A program made the translations under genes and the position numbers. 64,000 nucleotides of DNA from Candidatus Omnitrophota bacterium (GTDB lineage: Bacteria; Omnitrophota; Gorgyraeia; Gygaellales; Profunditerraquicolaceae), in the NCBI GenBank assembly GCA_028716245.1, contig JAQUQW010000001.1, forward strand, positions 296,793 to 360,792. The letters run 5' to 3'. Within the stretch, counting starts at the first letter, position 1. Each line of letters starts with the position of its first letter. The notes beneath the pieces are model-generated. The model worked only from the letters and a program-made list of their open reading frames with translations, did not search any database and was not told the DNA's origin. Positions 39,685-48,769 of the stretch are shown here, in pieces.

Positions 39685-40604
39685 TGCTCGAGAAATGGCC
39701 GGGAATTATCTCCACCGTAATCATCGGGGCCACCAAAGATGAAGGAGGTTCCCGGGCAAATACCGTAAAGATCGGCGGACAAAACAGTTTGCCTTTGTTA
39801 TTTAAAGAAGGGGATCTTCCCAATAAACCCAAAATCGCTTTTGAAATCTGGGACATTGCCCCGCAAGACTGGCAGGAGGAGTTAATTTCTGCCTACGGAA
39901 AAGCGGTAAATGATCCTTTTGCCTGGGCGGAAAAATGCGTCAATGAGTTTAAAGCGGAAATACTCTGCCTAAAATTGCAGGGAACGCATCCTGATTGCGG
40001 CAACAAAACTCCTCAGGAGTCAGCTAAATTCGTCTCGGCTTTATTAAATAAGGTCAAACTCCCTTTAATAATTATCGGAAGCGGCGACGATACCAAGGAT
40101 AACCTGGTTATGCCTGTAGTTTCAGAAGCGGCTAAGAAAGAACGCTGTTTGATTGGCTGCGCGGCACAGGATAATTATAAAACCTTAGTTGCCAGCGGAT
40201 TAGCCGACGGCCACAGCATTATTGCCGAAAGCCCCATCGATATCAATATTGCCAAACAATTGAATATATTGATTTCCGATATGGGATTAAGCTTAGAGCG
40301 CATCGTGATTAATCCGACTATCGGAGCATTGGGCTATGGCCTTGAATATGCCTACTCGATTATGGAACGGGCAAGATTGGCCGCTCTATCCGGCGATAAA
40401 ACCCTAGCTTCACCGTTTATTTGTTTTGTGGGGCAGGAGGCCTGGAGGACTAAAGAAGCCAAAGTCAGCCTGGAACAGGGAATTATGTGGGAGACAATTA
40501 CTGCCACCAGCCTCATTCAATCGGGAGCGGATCTTTTGGTTATGCGCCACCCCAAAGCAGTGCAGAAAGTGCACAATTTCATTGAAACATTATATCGAGG
40601 ATAA
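39669..40604 (+). CDS. acsD: corrinoid iron-sulfur protein small subunit (acetyl-CoA decarbonylase/synthase delta subunit)
   Basis: TIM-barrel AcsD-like sequence of about 311 aa, positioned between cooC and acsE as in acs operons. Confidence 0.7.
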   Translation: MGTQLVLEKWPGIISTVIIGATKDEGGSRANTVKIGGQNSLPLLFKEGDLPNKPKIAFEIWDIAPQDWQEELISAYGKAVNDPFAWAEKCVNEFKAEILCLKLQGTHPDCGNKTPQESAKFVSALLNKVKLPLIIIGSGDDTKDNLVMPVVSEAAKKERCLIGCAAQDNYKTLVASGLADGHSIIAESPIDINIAKQLNILISDMGLSLERIVINPTIGALGYGLEYAYSIMERARLAALSGDKTLASPFICFVGQEAWRTKEAKVSLEQGIMWETITATSLIQSGADLLVMRHPKAVQKVHNFIETLYRG

Positions 40605-40606
40605 GT

Positions 40607-41404
40607 ATGCTTGTTATTGGTGAACTGATTAATGGGATGTATCCGGAAATTGCTCTGGCAATTAAAGAGCGCGATAAGAAAATAGTGCAAAAATACGCGC
40701 TCCAACAGGTTGACTGCGGCGCCGATGCCCTCGATGTCAACTGCGGTCCGGCTTCGGCTAAACCATTATTGGATATGCCCTGGCTGGTTGAAATAATTCA
40801 AGAGGTAACCGATAAACCGCTGAGCCTTGATTCCAGTAAGCCTGAGGCCATTAAAGAAGGCTTAAAAGCCGCCAGGAATAAAACAATTATCAATTCTACC
40901 ACAGCGGATCCGGAAAAGCTGGACATTCTTGTTCCTTTAGCCAAACAGTATAATTCCAAATTAATCGGGATCACTATCAACTTAAAAGGAATCCCCCAAA
41001 ACAAAGACCAGCGCGTGGAATTAGCGGCAATAATCGTCGCCTATTGCCAAGAAAATGAATTCCCCATCGAAGATCTTTATTTAGACCCGATACTGTTGCC
41101 GATTAATGTCGCTCAGGGGCAAATGATTGATATTTTAGAATCTATCCGCGAATTCAAGATAATCTCCGAGCCAAGCCCCAAGACCATTCTGGGCTTAAGC
41201 AATGTTTCCCAGGGCACGCACACTCATAATACACATAGCCTGATCAACCGCACATTTTTAACAATGGCAGTTGCGTATGGCTTGGATTCTGCTATACTTA
41301 ATCCTGAAGATAAAGAGCTGATGGACAGCTTGATTACCGCAGAGCTTATTTTGAATAAAAATATTTACTGTAATTCGTATCTAGAGGCTTACAGAAAAAA
41401 GTGA
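40607..41404 (+). CDS. acsE: methyltetrahydrofolate:corrinoid iron-sulfur protein methyltransferase (pterin-binding, DHPS-like)
   Basis: Pterin-binding barrel (IGELINGM...DCGADALDVNCGP...LSLDSSKPEA...INSTT) of about 265 aa. Confidence 0.75.
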   Translation: MLVIGELINGMYPEIALAIKERDKKIVQKYALQQVDCGADALDVNCGPASAKPLLDMPWLVEIIQEVTDKPLSLDSSKPEAIKEGLKAARNKTIINSTTADPEKLDILVPLAKQYNSKLIGITINLKGIPQNKDQRVELAAIIVAYCQENEFPIEDLYLDPILLPINVAQGQMIDILESIREFKIISEPSPKTILGLSNVSQGTHTHNTHSLINRTFLTMAVAYGLDSAILNPEDKELMDSLITAELILNKNIYCNSYLEAYRKK

Positions 41405-41411
41405 TAGATTT

Positions 41412-41488
41412 GGCGGAGTAGCTCAGCCTGATAGAGCACGCGGCTCATACCCGCTTGGTCGGTGGTTTAAATCCACTCTCCGCCACCA
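41412..41488 (+). tRNA. tRNA with CAU anticodon (tRNA-Ile2/lysidine-type or Met); CCA encoded
   Basis: Manual fold. Fully paired acceptor stem GGCGGAG/CTCCGCC, anticodon loop CUCAUAC, T arm GGTGGTTTAAATCCACT. The body resembles E. coli ileX more than metT, and tilS lies 2.3 kb downstream. Confidence 0.8.
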
Positions 41489-41696
41489 TTTTTTAGCGAT
41501 TGTGTTTTGAAGTAAATCTCAGCAGTAAAATTAAATACCTAACTGTGTCACACTATCTATCAACATAAACTCTCTCGTTTGGCCTGTGGTTAGGACCCAA
41601 TAGGGAAGGAACCATAAAAAATCAATATAAATTAACTTATAACTTTTTGCAGTACAATAAGTTATAATCCTCAAAAAAGATAAATTCACCCCCCAC

Positions 41697-41725
41697 TTGA
41701 AAAGCCCTCCAGGATATGTTATATT
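41697..41725 (+). promoter_or_regulatory. sigma-70-like promoter upstream of lytic transglycosylase gene
   Basis: TTGAAA at 41697-41702, a 17-nt spacer, then TATATT at 41720-41725. Confidence 0.4.
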
Positions 41726-41783
41726 CCTTTTAATGTGCTTTTACACTCAGCAATACAAAATAAATAGCGCAAGGAGAGCGTGT

Positions 41784-42347
41784 ATGCAAAAAACCCTATT
41801 ATTGTCGCAAATTACTAAACACTTTATAAAAGTGTCTAAGTTAGTTTTGCTGATACTGCCTATTTTCTTTGTCTCTATCTTTATTTACCAGCTGTCTTTT
41901 GCCTTTATAGATTACAAGGCAATACTGCCGGCTGCGCCTGGATATGCGACCATCGAGGTTACGCCGGAATTGCTCGAAGCTCTTATTCAGGTAGAAAGCT
42001 CAAATAACCCCAGCGCATACAACCACTACACCAAAGCCAGGGGGCTTACCCAGATTACGCCGATTGCCTGGAGAGAATTGCGTAAACATTACGGCTCTAA
42101 ATACGCTAATCTTAACTTTTGGGAGGATATGTGTAAATCGCAGGTAGCCAGAGAAGCCGGAACAGACTATCTTTACCACCTGCAGAAGATTTTAAAAGCA
42201 AAACGCATTCCGGTAACCCTGGATAATTTACTTGCCGCTTATGTCTGGGGGCCCAACAACCTGGAAAAAAACGGCATACATAACGCCCCCCGTGTAGTCA
42301 AAAATTACGTATCGAAGGTTAAAAAATTGGCCCAAGCCAGCGATTAA
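41784..42347 (+). CDS. lytic transglycosylase (SLT/GH23 domain) with N-terminal membrane anchor
   Basis: EALIQVESSNNPSAYNHYTKARGLTQITPIAW (catalytic Glu and the ES..GLMQ motif). ATG at 41784 with an AAGGAGAG RBS. Confidence 0.65.
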   Translation: MQKTLLLSQITKHFIKVSKLVLLILPIFFVSIFIYQLSFAFIDYKAILPAAPGYATIEVTPELLEALIQVESSNNPSAYNHYTKARGLTQITPIAWRELRKHYGSKYANLNFWEDMCKSQVAREAGTDYLYHLQKILKAKRIPVTLDNLLAAYVWGPNNLEKNGIHNAPRVVKNYVSKVKKLAQASD

Positions 42348-42359
42348 ACCGGCTGAATC

Positions 42360-43640
42360 TTAACTACTACTTGAGATTTCTTTGGCGAGTTTTTCAATAA
42401 TCAGTGAAGTAAGAATAAATACACCTGCCTCAGTGAAGACCGTAGCTAATGCTGCCCCCACGTAAGAGAATTGATGTATAAGTATGAATATCAGCGGCAA
42501 ACCGATAAGCGCGGCGGCAACATGAATCTTAGCGTATAAATCCTGTTTACCGCAGACAAGCAAAAACTGTACCTTAAAGTTATTCGCGCCGACAAAAAAT
42601 ACCGCAGCCAACAGCAATCTTAAAGCAAGCACTACTTCTTTATAAGCAACCCCGCAGGTAATCTGGATAATCCAGGGAGCGATAAAATAGGCAATCGGCA
42701 GGCTGACTACAAAGCCTAAGGTTATGCCGTCCTGGATCCGAAACATTATCGCTACCGCCCGCTGTTTATTTTTCGCGAACACATTGCTGATCCTGGGGAA
42801 TACCGCCCGGGTAAATGAATCCATGGGGAAGGTCTGGATAATATTGGCGATCCTTTCGGCAATAGAATAGTATCCGGTAATCACGTTATTGGTAAGTAAC
42901 CCCACCGCAAAAACCCGGGTAGTCGTATAGGCGTTAACCGCCAGGATAGAAATAAAAATATCCCAGCCGGTTTTAAGTTCTTGTTTTATATGAACATATT
43001 TCAGGAAAACAAATTCCAGGCGGAATTTCCTAAAAGCGATATAGAGGCCAAGAATTCCGCTGATTATGGATAGCAGAGAGTTTAATAACGGCACCAAAAG
43101 GAAATCACCGGGGCCCTTTATAAAAACAAAAATACAAATTGCGTATACTATACCGCTGATCACGTTAACTGTGGCAATATAGCTCATTTTTTCTTTGCCC
43201 TGAAAAAACCAGACTGGAAATAAAGTGCTGCCGATTACGGCGCCGAAGCTTAAAGTATAAACCAACCAATCATTCCTGAATCTAGGCACAAAATAGAGGA
43301 TCGCGCAGAGGATTATAAAGCTCAATCCCGCGAATATCAGTTTTACGGTCATTACCGATGAAAATACCTTGCTGGTCTTTTCCTTATGTTCTCCGATAAG
43401 CGCGATTGTTTTAGTCGCTGAAAGGCTGAAACCGTAGTCGGTTAAAATCAGGAAATATTGCACCAGGCTCTGGGCAAAAGCGATCAGGCCGAATTTTTCC
43501 ATTCCAATTACCCGGATAAGATAGGGAAGGACGACTAAAGGAAGGATATAGCTGATACCTTGAAGGGTGGTCAGGGAAATGAAATTTCCCAGGACGATTT
43601 TTCTTTCTTTATGTGTTACGATTTTTTTACGCACCATCAT
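42360..43640 (-). CDS. Wzx-like polysaccharide/oligosaccharide flippase (MOP superfamily)
   Basis: 12 or more TM helices, with a Wzx-type N-terminus KKIVTHKERKIVLGNFISLTTLQGISYILPLVVLPYLIRVIGMEKFG. The start is set at the MMV codons (43640) rather than the ORF-track start at 43673, which abuts the palindrome. Confidence 0.6.
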   Translation of the reverse strand: MMVRKKIVTHKERKIVLGNFISLTTLQGISYILPLVVLPYLIRVIGMEKFGLIAFAQSLVQYFLILTDYGFSLSATKTIALIGEHKEKTSKVFSSVMTVKLIFAGLSFIILCAILYFVPRFRNDWLVYTLSFGAVIGSTLFPVWFFQGKEKMSYIATVNVISGIVYAICIFVFIKGPGDFLLVPLLNSLLSIISGILGLYIAFRKFRLEFVFLKYVHIKQELKTGWDIFISILAVNAYTTTRVFAVGLLTNNVITGYYSIAERIANIIQTFPMDSFTRAVFPRISNVFAKNKQRAVAIMFRIQDGITLGFVVSLPIAYFIAPWIIQITCGVAYKEVVLALRLLLAAVFFVGANNFKVQFLLVCGKQDLYAKIHVAAALIGLPLIFILIHQFSYVGAALATVFTEAGVFILTSLIIEKLAKEISSSS

Positions 43641-43680
43641 CCATAATTTACACTTTAAGATCCATAAAGTCAATATTTTT

Positions 43681-43728
43681 AATAGGGACAGCGACCATTT
43701 TTTTAAAAAAAATGGTCGCTGTCCCTAT
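43681..43728. repeat. perfect 24-bp-arm palindrome in the divergent spacer between the flippase gene and tilS
   Basis: AATAGGGACAGCGACCATTTTTTT | AAAAAAATGGTCGCTGTCCCTATT, with no loop. It fills most of the divergent intergenic space. Core shared with the other palindromes. Confidence 0.5.
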
Positions 43729-43750
43729 TTTCTATGGTAAAATAAGTTTT

Positions 43751-44710
43751 ATGAATAAATTCAAGGAAACAATCAAAAAATACAACCTGATCCAAAAAGG
43801 CGATAAAATCCTGGTTGGAGTTTCCGGCGGGCCGGATTCACTGACCCTGCTTTTGCAACTCTTTAACCTAAAATCAAAATTGGGATTGGCTTTACATATT
43901 GCCCATCTTGATCACGGCTTACGGAAAAATTCCGGCGCGGATGCTCTTTTTGTAAAGAAATGGGCTAAGCGGCTCAATATCCCCATGAGCATAAAACAAA
44001 TTGACCCCAAGCTCCTTAAGGAAAAAGGCTCTCTTGAGGAGCTTTGCCGAAACGCAAGGTTAGATTTTTTTATTAAAACCGCAAAGAAAATCAAAGTAAA
44101 CAAGGTTGCTTTGGGGCATAACCTTGATGACCAGGCCGAAACAGTCTTAATGCGCCTGTTGCGGGGAACAGGTTTATCCGGATTAAGCGGAATATCTTTA
44201 CAGCGGAAAATCAATGGGGTCACTTTTATCCGTCCGCTTTTGGAAACTTCCCGTTATGAAATTAATAAATATCTAAAACGCAGGGGAATAAAACCGCGCA
44301 TCGATTCAACGAATAAGGAAGAGGTATTCTTGCGTAATAAGATCCGCCACAATTTAATTCCCTTATTAAAAAGTAAGTACAATCAAAATATCGTTAGCGT
44401 CTTGGCAAATCTGGCGGAAAGTGTTTCTTATGATTATGAATACCTTGATCAGGCCGCCCGGCGCAGCCTAAAAGGTAATACCAGCCATCTCAATATTAAG
44501 AAAATCCTTAAATTGCACCCGGCAATTTTACGCCTTAAAATCAGGCAGAGTATCGGCTATCTTCAGGGGAATACGCGCCGGATAGGATTTGTGCACATCA
44601 AAGAAATAGAGGATTTACTAAATAGCCGGCCAAAAGGATCAATTGTCGATTTGCCTAAAGGAATCTCGGTACAAAAAACCCGCGCTTACCTGCGATTTTA
44701 TAAGCGTTAG
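43751..44710 (+). CDS. tilS: tRNA(Ile)-lysidine synthetase
   Basis: PP-loop VGVSGGPDSLTLL; tilS-ftsH synteny. The ATG at 43751 is the first one after the palindrome. Confidence 0.85.
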   Translation: MNKFKETIKKYNLIQKGDKILVGVSGGPDSLTLLLQLFNLKSKLGLALHIAHLDHGLRKNSGADALFVKKWAKRLNIPMSIKQIDPKLLKEKGSLEELCRNARLDFFIKTAKKIKVNKVALGHNLDDQAETVLMRLLRGTGLSGLSGISLQRKINGVTFIRPLLETSRYEINKYLKRRGIKPRIDSTNKEEVFLRNKIRHNLIPLLKSKYNQNIVSVLANLAESVSYDYEYLDQAARRSLKGNTSHLNIKKILKLHPAILRLKIRQSIGYLQGNTRRIGFVHIKEIEDLLNSRPKGSIVDLPKGISVQKTRAYLRFYKR

Positions 44711-44715
44711 AATCA

Positions 44716-44765
44716 GGGACCGTTTCTAGTTTTTTGGGGAAAAATAGAAACGTTCCCTAGTTTTT
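44716..44765 (+). terminator. intrinsic terminator after tilS (repeat-family hairpin)
   Basis: GGGACCGTTTCTA at 44716-44728 pairs with TAGAAACGTTCCC at 44745-44757, followed by TAGTTTTT. The right arm is nearly identical to the right arm at 23944-23966. Confidence 0.55.
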
Positions 44766-44767
44766 CC

Positions 44768-44796
44768 TTGATTTTACCTCCTTTAACCGCTATAAT
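44768..44796 (+). promoter_or_regulatory. sigma-70-like promoter for ftsH
   Basis: TTGATT at 44768-44773, a 17-nt spacer, then TATAAT at 44791-44796. Confidence 0.4.
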
Positions 44797-44833
44797 AAAA
44801 AATCTATTAACCATTTAACCTTGGAGAATTAAG

Positions 44834-46690
44834 ATGCCCCCGCAAAATAAACCTAAATCTAATAAGAACAATAAGTTTAAACGCTTCCCTTTTGGCTGGT
44901 TGCTGGCTTTTTTCCTGTTCATCATCCTGATGAACTTTTTCAGCAATATTCCGATTACCGGCGTCCCCAAAGAAATCACCTACAGTCAGTTTTATAAAAT
45001 TTTAAAGGATAATCCTGACCGCATAAAACATCTCGTTAAAACCGAAACCATTTTACAGGGCGATTACGCGGATAACTCAAAATTCTTTCTGAATATCCCG
45101 GAGAATGACCCGGAATTACTCGGCCTGATGCGGCAAAATTTAAAAAATTTTGAAGTTAAGCCGGCGCGCACATTCTGGGTTACTTTACTTTTCAATTTAG
45201 GGCCGATACTATTACTTATTTTCTTCTGGTGGATGATGGCCGCCCGGGGAGAACAATTGGGCAGTAAAATTATGACTTTTGGAAAAGTTAGATCTAAAAT
45301 CCAAAGTAATAATGAGAAGGCTACTTTTGATGATGTTGCCGGAGTTGATGAAGCAAAAGAAGAACTAAAAGAAGTAATTGAATTCCTTAAAGATCCTAAG
45401 AAATTCCAAAAGCTGGGAGGCAAGATTCCAAAAGGGGTACTTTTGGTCGGGCCTCCGGGATGCGGAAAAACATTGATTGCCCGGGCAGTTGCCGGTGAAG
45501 CCAATGTGCCTTTTTTCAGTATATCCGGCTCTGATTTTGTCGAGATGTTCGTGGGAGTAGGGGCAAGCCGGGTAAGGGATTTATTCGACCAGGGCCGTAA
45601 AGCCGGGATCGTTTCCGGTAAAGGGGCGATAATCTTTATCGATGAAATTGACGCGGTTGGCCGCTTGCGTTTTTCCGGAATCGGCGGAGGCAATGATGAA
45701 CGCGAACAAACCCTTAACCAGTTACTGGTTGAAATGGATGGCTTTGACAGCCAGCAGGGTTTGATCCTGATTGCCGCGACTAACCGTCCGGATACATTGG
45801 ACCCGGCGCTTTTGCGTCCGGGAAGATTTGACCGGACAATTATCGTCAACCTTCCGGATATAAAAGGGCGCGAAGAAATACTCAAAGTGCATACCCGTAA
45901 GATCAAACTGGCTCCTTCAGTTAATTTAAAATCCGTGGCCAGCCAGACTCCGGGTTTCTCCGGCGCGGATTTGGCCAATCTCTGCAATGAGGCGGCGCTG
46001 GTGGCTGCGCGTAATAATAAAGAAGCGGTGGAAGAAATCGACCTGGATAAATCCGTCGAAAGAGTGTTGATGGGGCCGGAGAAAAAGAGCCATATTATGT
46101 CTAAGAAGGAAAAGGAGATAACTTCTTTCCATGAATCCGGGCACGCTTTGCTTTCTTTGCTGCTGCCCGAAGTTAATCCTTTAAAGAAGGTCTCGATAAT
46201 CCCTAGAGGCTTGGCCGGAGGATATACTTTTACACCTCCGTTAGAAGACCGGCATTATTGGACCAAGGCGGAATTAATCGCCGAGATTACGATGATGCTT
46301 GGGGGCAGGGCTTCGGAAGAGTTAAACCTAAACGGGGTCACTACCGGCGCGCAGAACGATCTGGAGGTGGCCACAGCTATGGCCAGGCGAATGGTTACGC
46401 AATTTGGAATGTCGGAAAAGCTGGGAAATTTAACCTTAGGTAAAAGAGAAGGGCTGGTATTTTTGGGCCGCGATATTATGGAGGAGAGGAACTACAGCGA
46501 ACAAACCGCCCATATCATTGACGAAGAGGTAAAAAAAATAATTGATGATGCTTATGGAAAAGCAATCGAGCTATTAAAAAATAATCTGGATAAGCTTAAG
46601 CTTCTGGCAAGTAACCTTTTAGAGAAAGAAGTTTTAGGGGCAGAGGATGTAAAAAAATTACTGGGGATTGAAAAAAGCGACTTAGTTTAA
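44834..46690 (+). CDS. ftsH: ATP-dependent zinc metalloprotease FtsH
   Basis: Two N-terminal TM helices, AAA+ ([19 protein letters not shown]), and the zinc-binding HESGHAL. Confidence 0.95.
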   Translation: MPPQNKPKSNKNNKFKRFPFGWLLAFFLFIILMNFFSNIPITGVPKEITYSQFYKILKDNPDRIKHLVKTETILQGDYADNSKFFLNIPENDPELLGLMRQNLKNFEVKPARTFWVTLLFNLGPILLLIFFWWMMAARGEQLGSKIMTFGKVRSKIQSNNEKATFDDVAGVDEAKEELKEVIEFLKDPKKFQKLGGKIPKGVLLVGPPGCGKTLIARAVAGEANVPFFSISGSDFVEMFVGVGASRVRDLFDQGRKAGIVSGKGAIIFIDEIDAVGRLRFSGIGGGNDEREQTLNQLLVEMDGFDSQQGLILIAATNRPDTLDPALLRPGRFDRTIIVNLPDIKGREEILKVHTRKIKLAPSVNLKSVASQTPGFSGADLANLCNEAALVAARNNKEAVEEIDLDKSVERVLMGPEKKSHIMSKKEKEITSFHESGHALLSLLLPEVNPLKKVSIIPRGLAGGYTFTPPLEDRHYWTKAELIAEITMMLGGRASEELNLNGVTTGAQNDLEVATAMARRMVTQFGMSEKLGNLTLGKREGLVFLGRDIMEERNYSEQTAHIIDEEVKKIIDDAYGKAIELLKNNLDKLKLLASNLLEKEVLGAEDVKKLLGIEKSDLV

Positions 46691-46692
46691 AA

Positions 46693-47901
46693 ATGCGTAT
46701 TTTCCGGTTTACCGACCAAAACGAAGTAAGGAAGTCTATGCAGAATATCGGAGTTGATCCGTATGGTATCAAGATCATGCTGCCCAAGGCTCTTGCCTTT
46801 ACAATTCGCTTAAATGCCATAAACAATGTTACGGCTAATATCCTTAAGCAGGAGATGCTTTCTTTGGGAGGGGATGCGGCGGTTGCCAGAGGGTCGCTTA
46901 CCGGAAAAACTAAAAAAACCGATATTCTTCTTTTCGGCCAGCTCCGGCAGCTTAAATCCCTGGCGGATAAATTAAAATTCCAGCCTTTTGGCCTGCGTAA
47001 ACTTGGAGTTGAGCTGGATGAAAATATTGAAAATTACACCCGGGATAATTTTATTTTAGGATTAAGAGAACACACTTTGAATCTTAGCCAAAAAACCCAG
47101 ATTATGGGCATTATTAACTTAACTCCGGATTCATTTAGCGGGGATGGTTTATATAAGGCAAACCGCAAAGAACATCTCAAGCTGGTTTTAGAAAAAGCGC
47201 AAAAAATGTCCGCTGATGGGGCAGATATAATTGACCTTGGAGGACAATCCAGCCGTCCGGGCGCAAAAGCAATCAGCACTAAAGAAGAACTGCTGCGTAC
47301 TGCGCCCGCGGTAAAGCTATTGGCAAAAAAAATTACTACTCCTATTTCTATCGATACTACCAAGCCGGAGGTTGCCGAGGCTGCCTTAGAAGCCGGGGCG
47401 CAGATAATTAATGATATCTCGGGATTAAGAAATAAGCGCATGATTAAAGTAGCCGCCAAATATAAGGCTGCTGTAGTGATTATGCATATGCTTGGGTTAC
47501 CGGTAAATATGCAGAAAAAAATCGCCTACCATTCCTTAATTGATGACATTACCGCCTATTTAAAAACCGCGATTGAGTCTGCCTGCTCCGGTGGAATAAA
47601 TCCGGATAAAATCATTATCGATCCAGGGCTGGGATTTGGGAAAACCAAAGAACATAATCTTGCAATAATGCGGCATCTGGCGGATTTTAAAGTCTTAGGA
47701 AAACCTATCCTGATCGGGCCATCCCGAAAATCTTTTATCGGTAAAGTCTTAGGCACTGACGTTAAAAAAAGGACCGCCGGTTCACTGGCCGCCTCGGTAA
47801 TGGCAGCTCTAAACGGAGCAAATATACTCCGCGTGCATGATGTTAAAGAAACAAACCAATCCTTAAAAATTGTCGAGGCGATAAAAAATGCTGACGCATA
47901 A
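46693..47901 (+). CDS. folP: dihydropteroate synthase with about 120-aa N-terminal extension
   Basis: The C-terminal 280 aa carry IMGIINLTPDSFSGDG, DIGGQSSRPG and GPSRKSFIG. The N-terminal 120 aa are an unrecognised extra domain. Confidence 0.85.
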   Translation: MRIFRFTDQNEVRKSMQNIGVDPYGIKIMLPKALAFTIRLNAINNVTANILKQEMLSLGGDAAVARGSLTGKTKKTDILLFGQLRQLKSLADKLKFQPFGLRKLGVELDENIENYTRDNFILGLREHTLNLSQKTQIMGIINLTPDSFSGDGLYKANRKEHLKLVLEKAQKMSADGADIIDLGGQSSRPGAKAISTKEELLRTAPAVKLLAKKITTPISIDTTKPEVAEAALEAGAQIINDISGLRNKRMIKVAAKYKAAVVIMHMLGLPVNMQKKIAYHSLIDDITAYLKTAIESACSGGINPDKIIIDPGLGFGKTKEHNLAIMRHLADFKVLGKPILIGPSRKSFIGKVLGTDVKKRTAGSLAASVMAALNGANILRVHDVKETNQSLKIVEAIKNADA

Positions 47902-48646
47902 CCTGATTTTATACTGGAAACCGGTAGTTGAAATTTTAATCCTGTGGTTCTTTATTTACCACATCCTGCTTTTTTTCGTAGGGACACGGGCAATACAAGC
48001 TTTACGGGGAATAATCATACTGTTACTTGCTTTCTTAATTTTCCAAAAATTTGATTTTTTCGTATTAAATAGGTTATTCAAAGAACTCTTTGGCATATCG
48101 GTGATTGCGATCTTAATTATTTTTCATCCTGAGATCCGGCAAGGTTTAGCCTCCATAGGCAAAGGGCAGGTTTTCAAAACCAACCAGAAAGATGAGGGCA
48201 TCGACTTTATTATCAGCCAAATTACGCAGGCCTGTGAAAATTTAGCGCAAAATAAACTCGGCGCTCTGATTGCTATTGAAAAAAACGACTCCTTATCGGC
48301 ATATATCCAAAGCGGCGAGATCATCGACTCGCGCATTTGCGCCGATTTAATCGAAGCGATCTTTACCCCGAATAACCCGCTTCACGACGGCGCAATGATC
48401 ATCCAAAAAAGAAGGATCGCCGCCGCCGGATGTTTTTTCCCCCTTACGGCAAACCAGCAACTAAGCCGGATTTTTGGGACACGCCACCGCGCGGCCTTAG
48501 GTTTAAGCGAAGAGAATGACGCGGTATTAATTATTGTCTCCGAAGAAAGGCACGACATATCCATAATTTTCCGCAAGAAATTTTATAAGGATTTGGGCGG
48601 AAAACAACTGGAAGCAAAAATAAAGGAGTTGCTTTTAAATGAATAA
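47888..48646 (+). CDS. cdaA: diadenylate cyclase CdaA (DAC domain) with three N-terminal TM helices
   Basis: NPLHDGAMII and GTRHRAALG DAC motifs. Confidence 0.85.
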   Translation: MLTHNLILYWKPVVEILILWFFIYHILLFFVGTRAIQALRGIIILLLAFLIFQKFDFFVLNRLFKELFGISVIAILIIFHPEIRQGLASIGKGQVFKTNQKDEGIDFIISQITQACENLAQNKLGALIAIEKNDSLSAYIQSGEIIDSRICADLIEAIFTPNNPLHDGAMIIQKRRIAAAGCFFPLTANQQLSRIFGTRHRAALGLSEENDAVLIIVSEERHDISIIFRKKFYKDLGGKQLEAKIKELLLNE

Positions 48647-48761
48647 AACAGGTATTTTTTCCCGCATAGCCTCATTCTTTATCACCCACCCCTGGTTAAA
48701 ACTTATCTCCTTGCTGCTGGCGGTTATTGTCTGGTTTTACGTAAAAGGGGAGAAGATTTAA
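48639..48761 (+). pseudogene. 40-codon ORF resembling only the N-terminal TM segment of CdaR/YbbR (truncated cdaR remnant or mini-protein)
   Basis: MNKTGIFSRIASFFITHPWLKLISLLLAVIVWFYVKGEKI overlaps the cdaA stop (ATGA arrangement). Its N-terminus has the CdaR pattern, but no YbbR domains follow. Confidence 0.35.
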
Positions 48762-48769
48762 AGTCAAAT

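Noticed and set aside
41490-41690. 200-nt AT-rich gap after the CAU tRNA as a possible small RNA (6S/tmRNA/SRP)
   Set aside because: None of the conserved tmRNA (tRNA-like end and tag ORF), SRP (GGUGCUGUUUACCAGG-like domain IV) or 6S features could be seen. It contains only a degenerate copy of the palindrome core and promoter-like hexamers.
43613-43750. ORF-track start of tilS at 43613 and flippase start at 43673
   Set aside because: Both would read through the perfect 48-bp palindrome. The conserved protein N-termini begin at 43751 (MNKF...PP-loop) and about 43640 (MMVRKK...), so the palindrome is intergenic.
45064-45987. 307-aa ORF on the minus strand
   Set aside because: Entirely antisense to the highly conserved ftsH AAA+ domain. 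Its composition is Ser/Pro/Arg-rich, typical of a GC-skewed antisense frame, and there is no RBS. Spurious.
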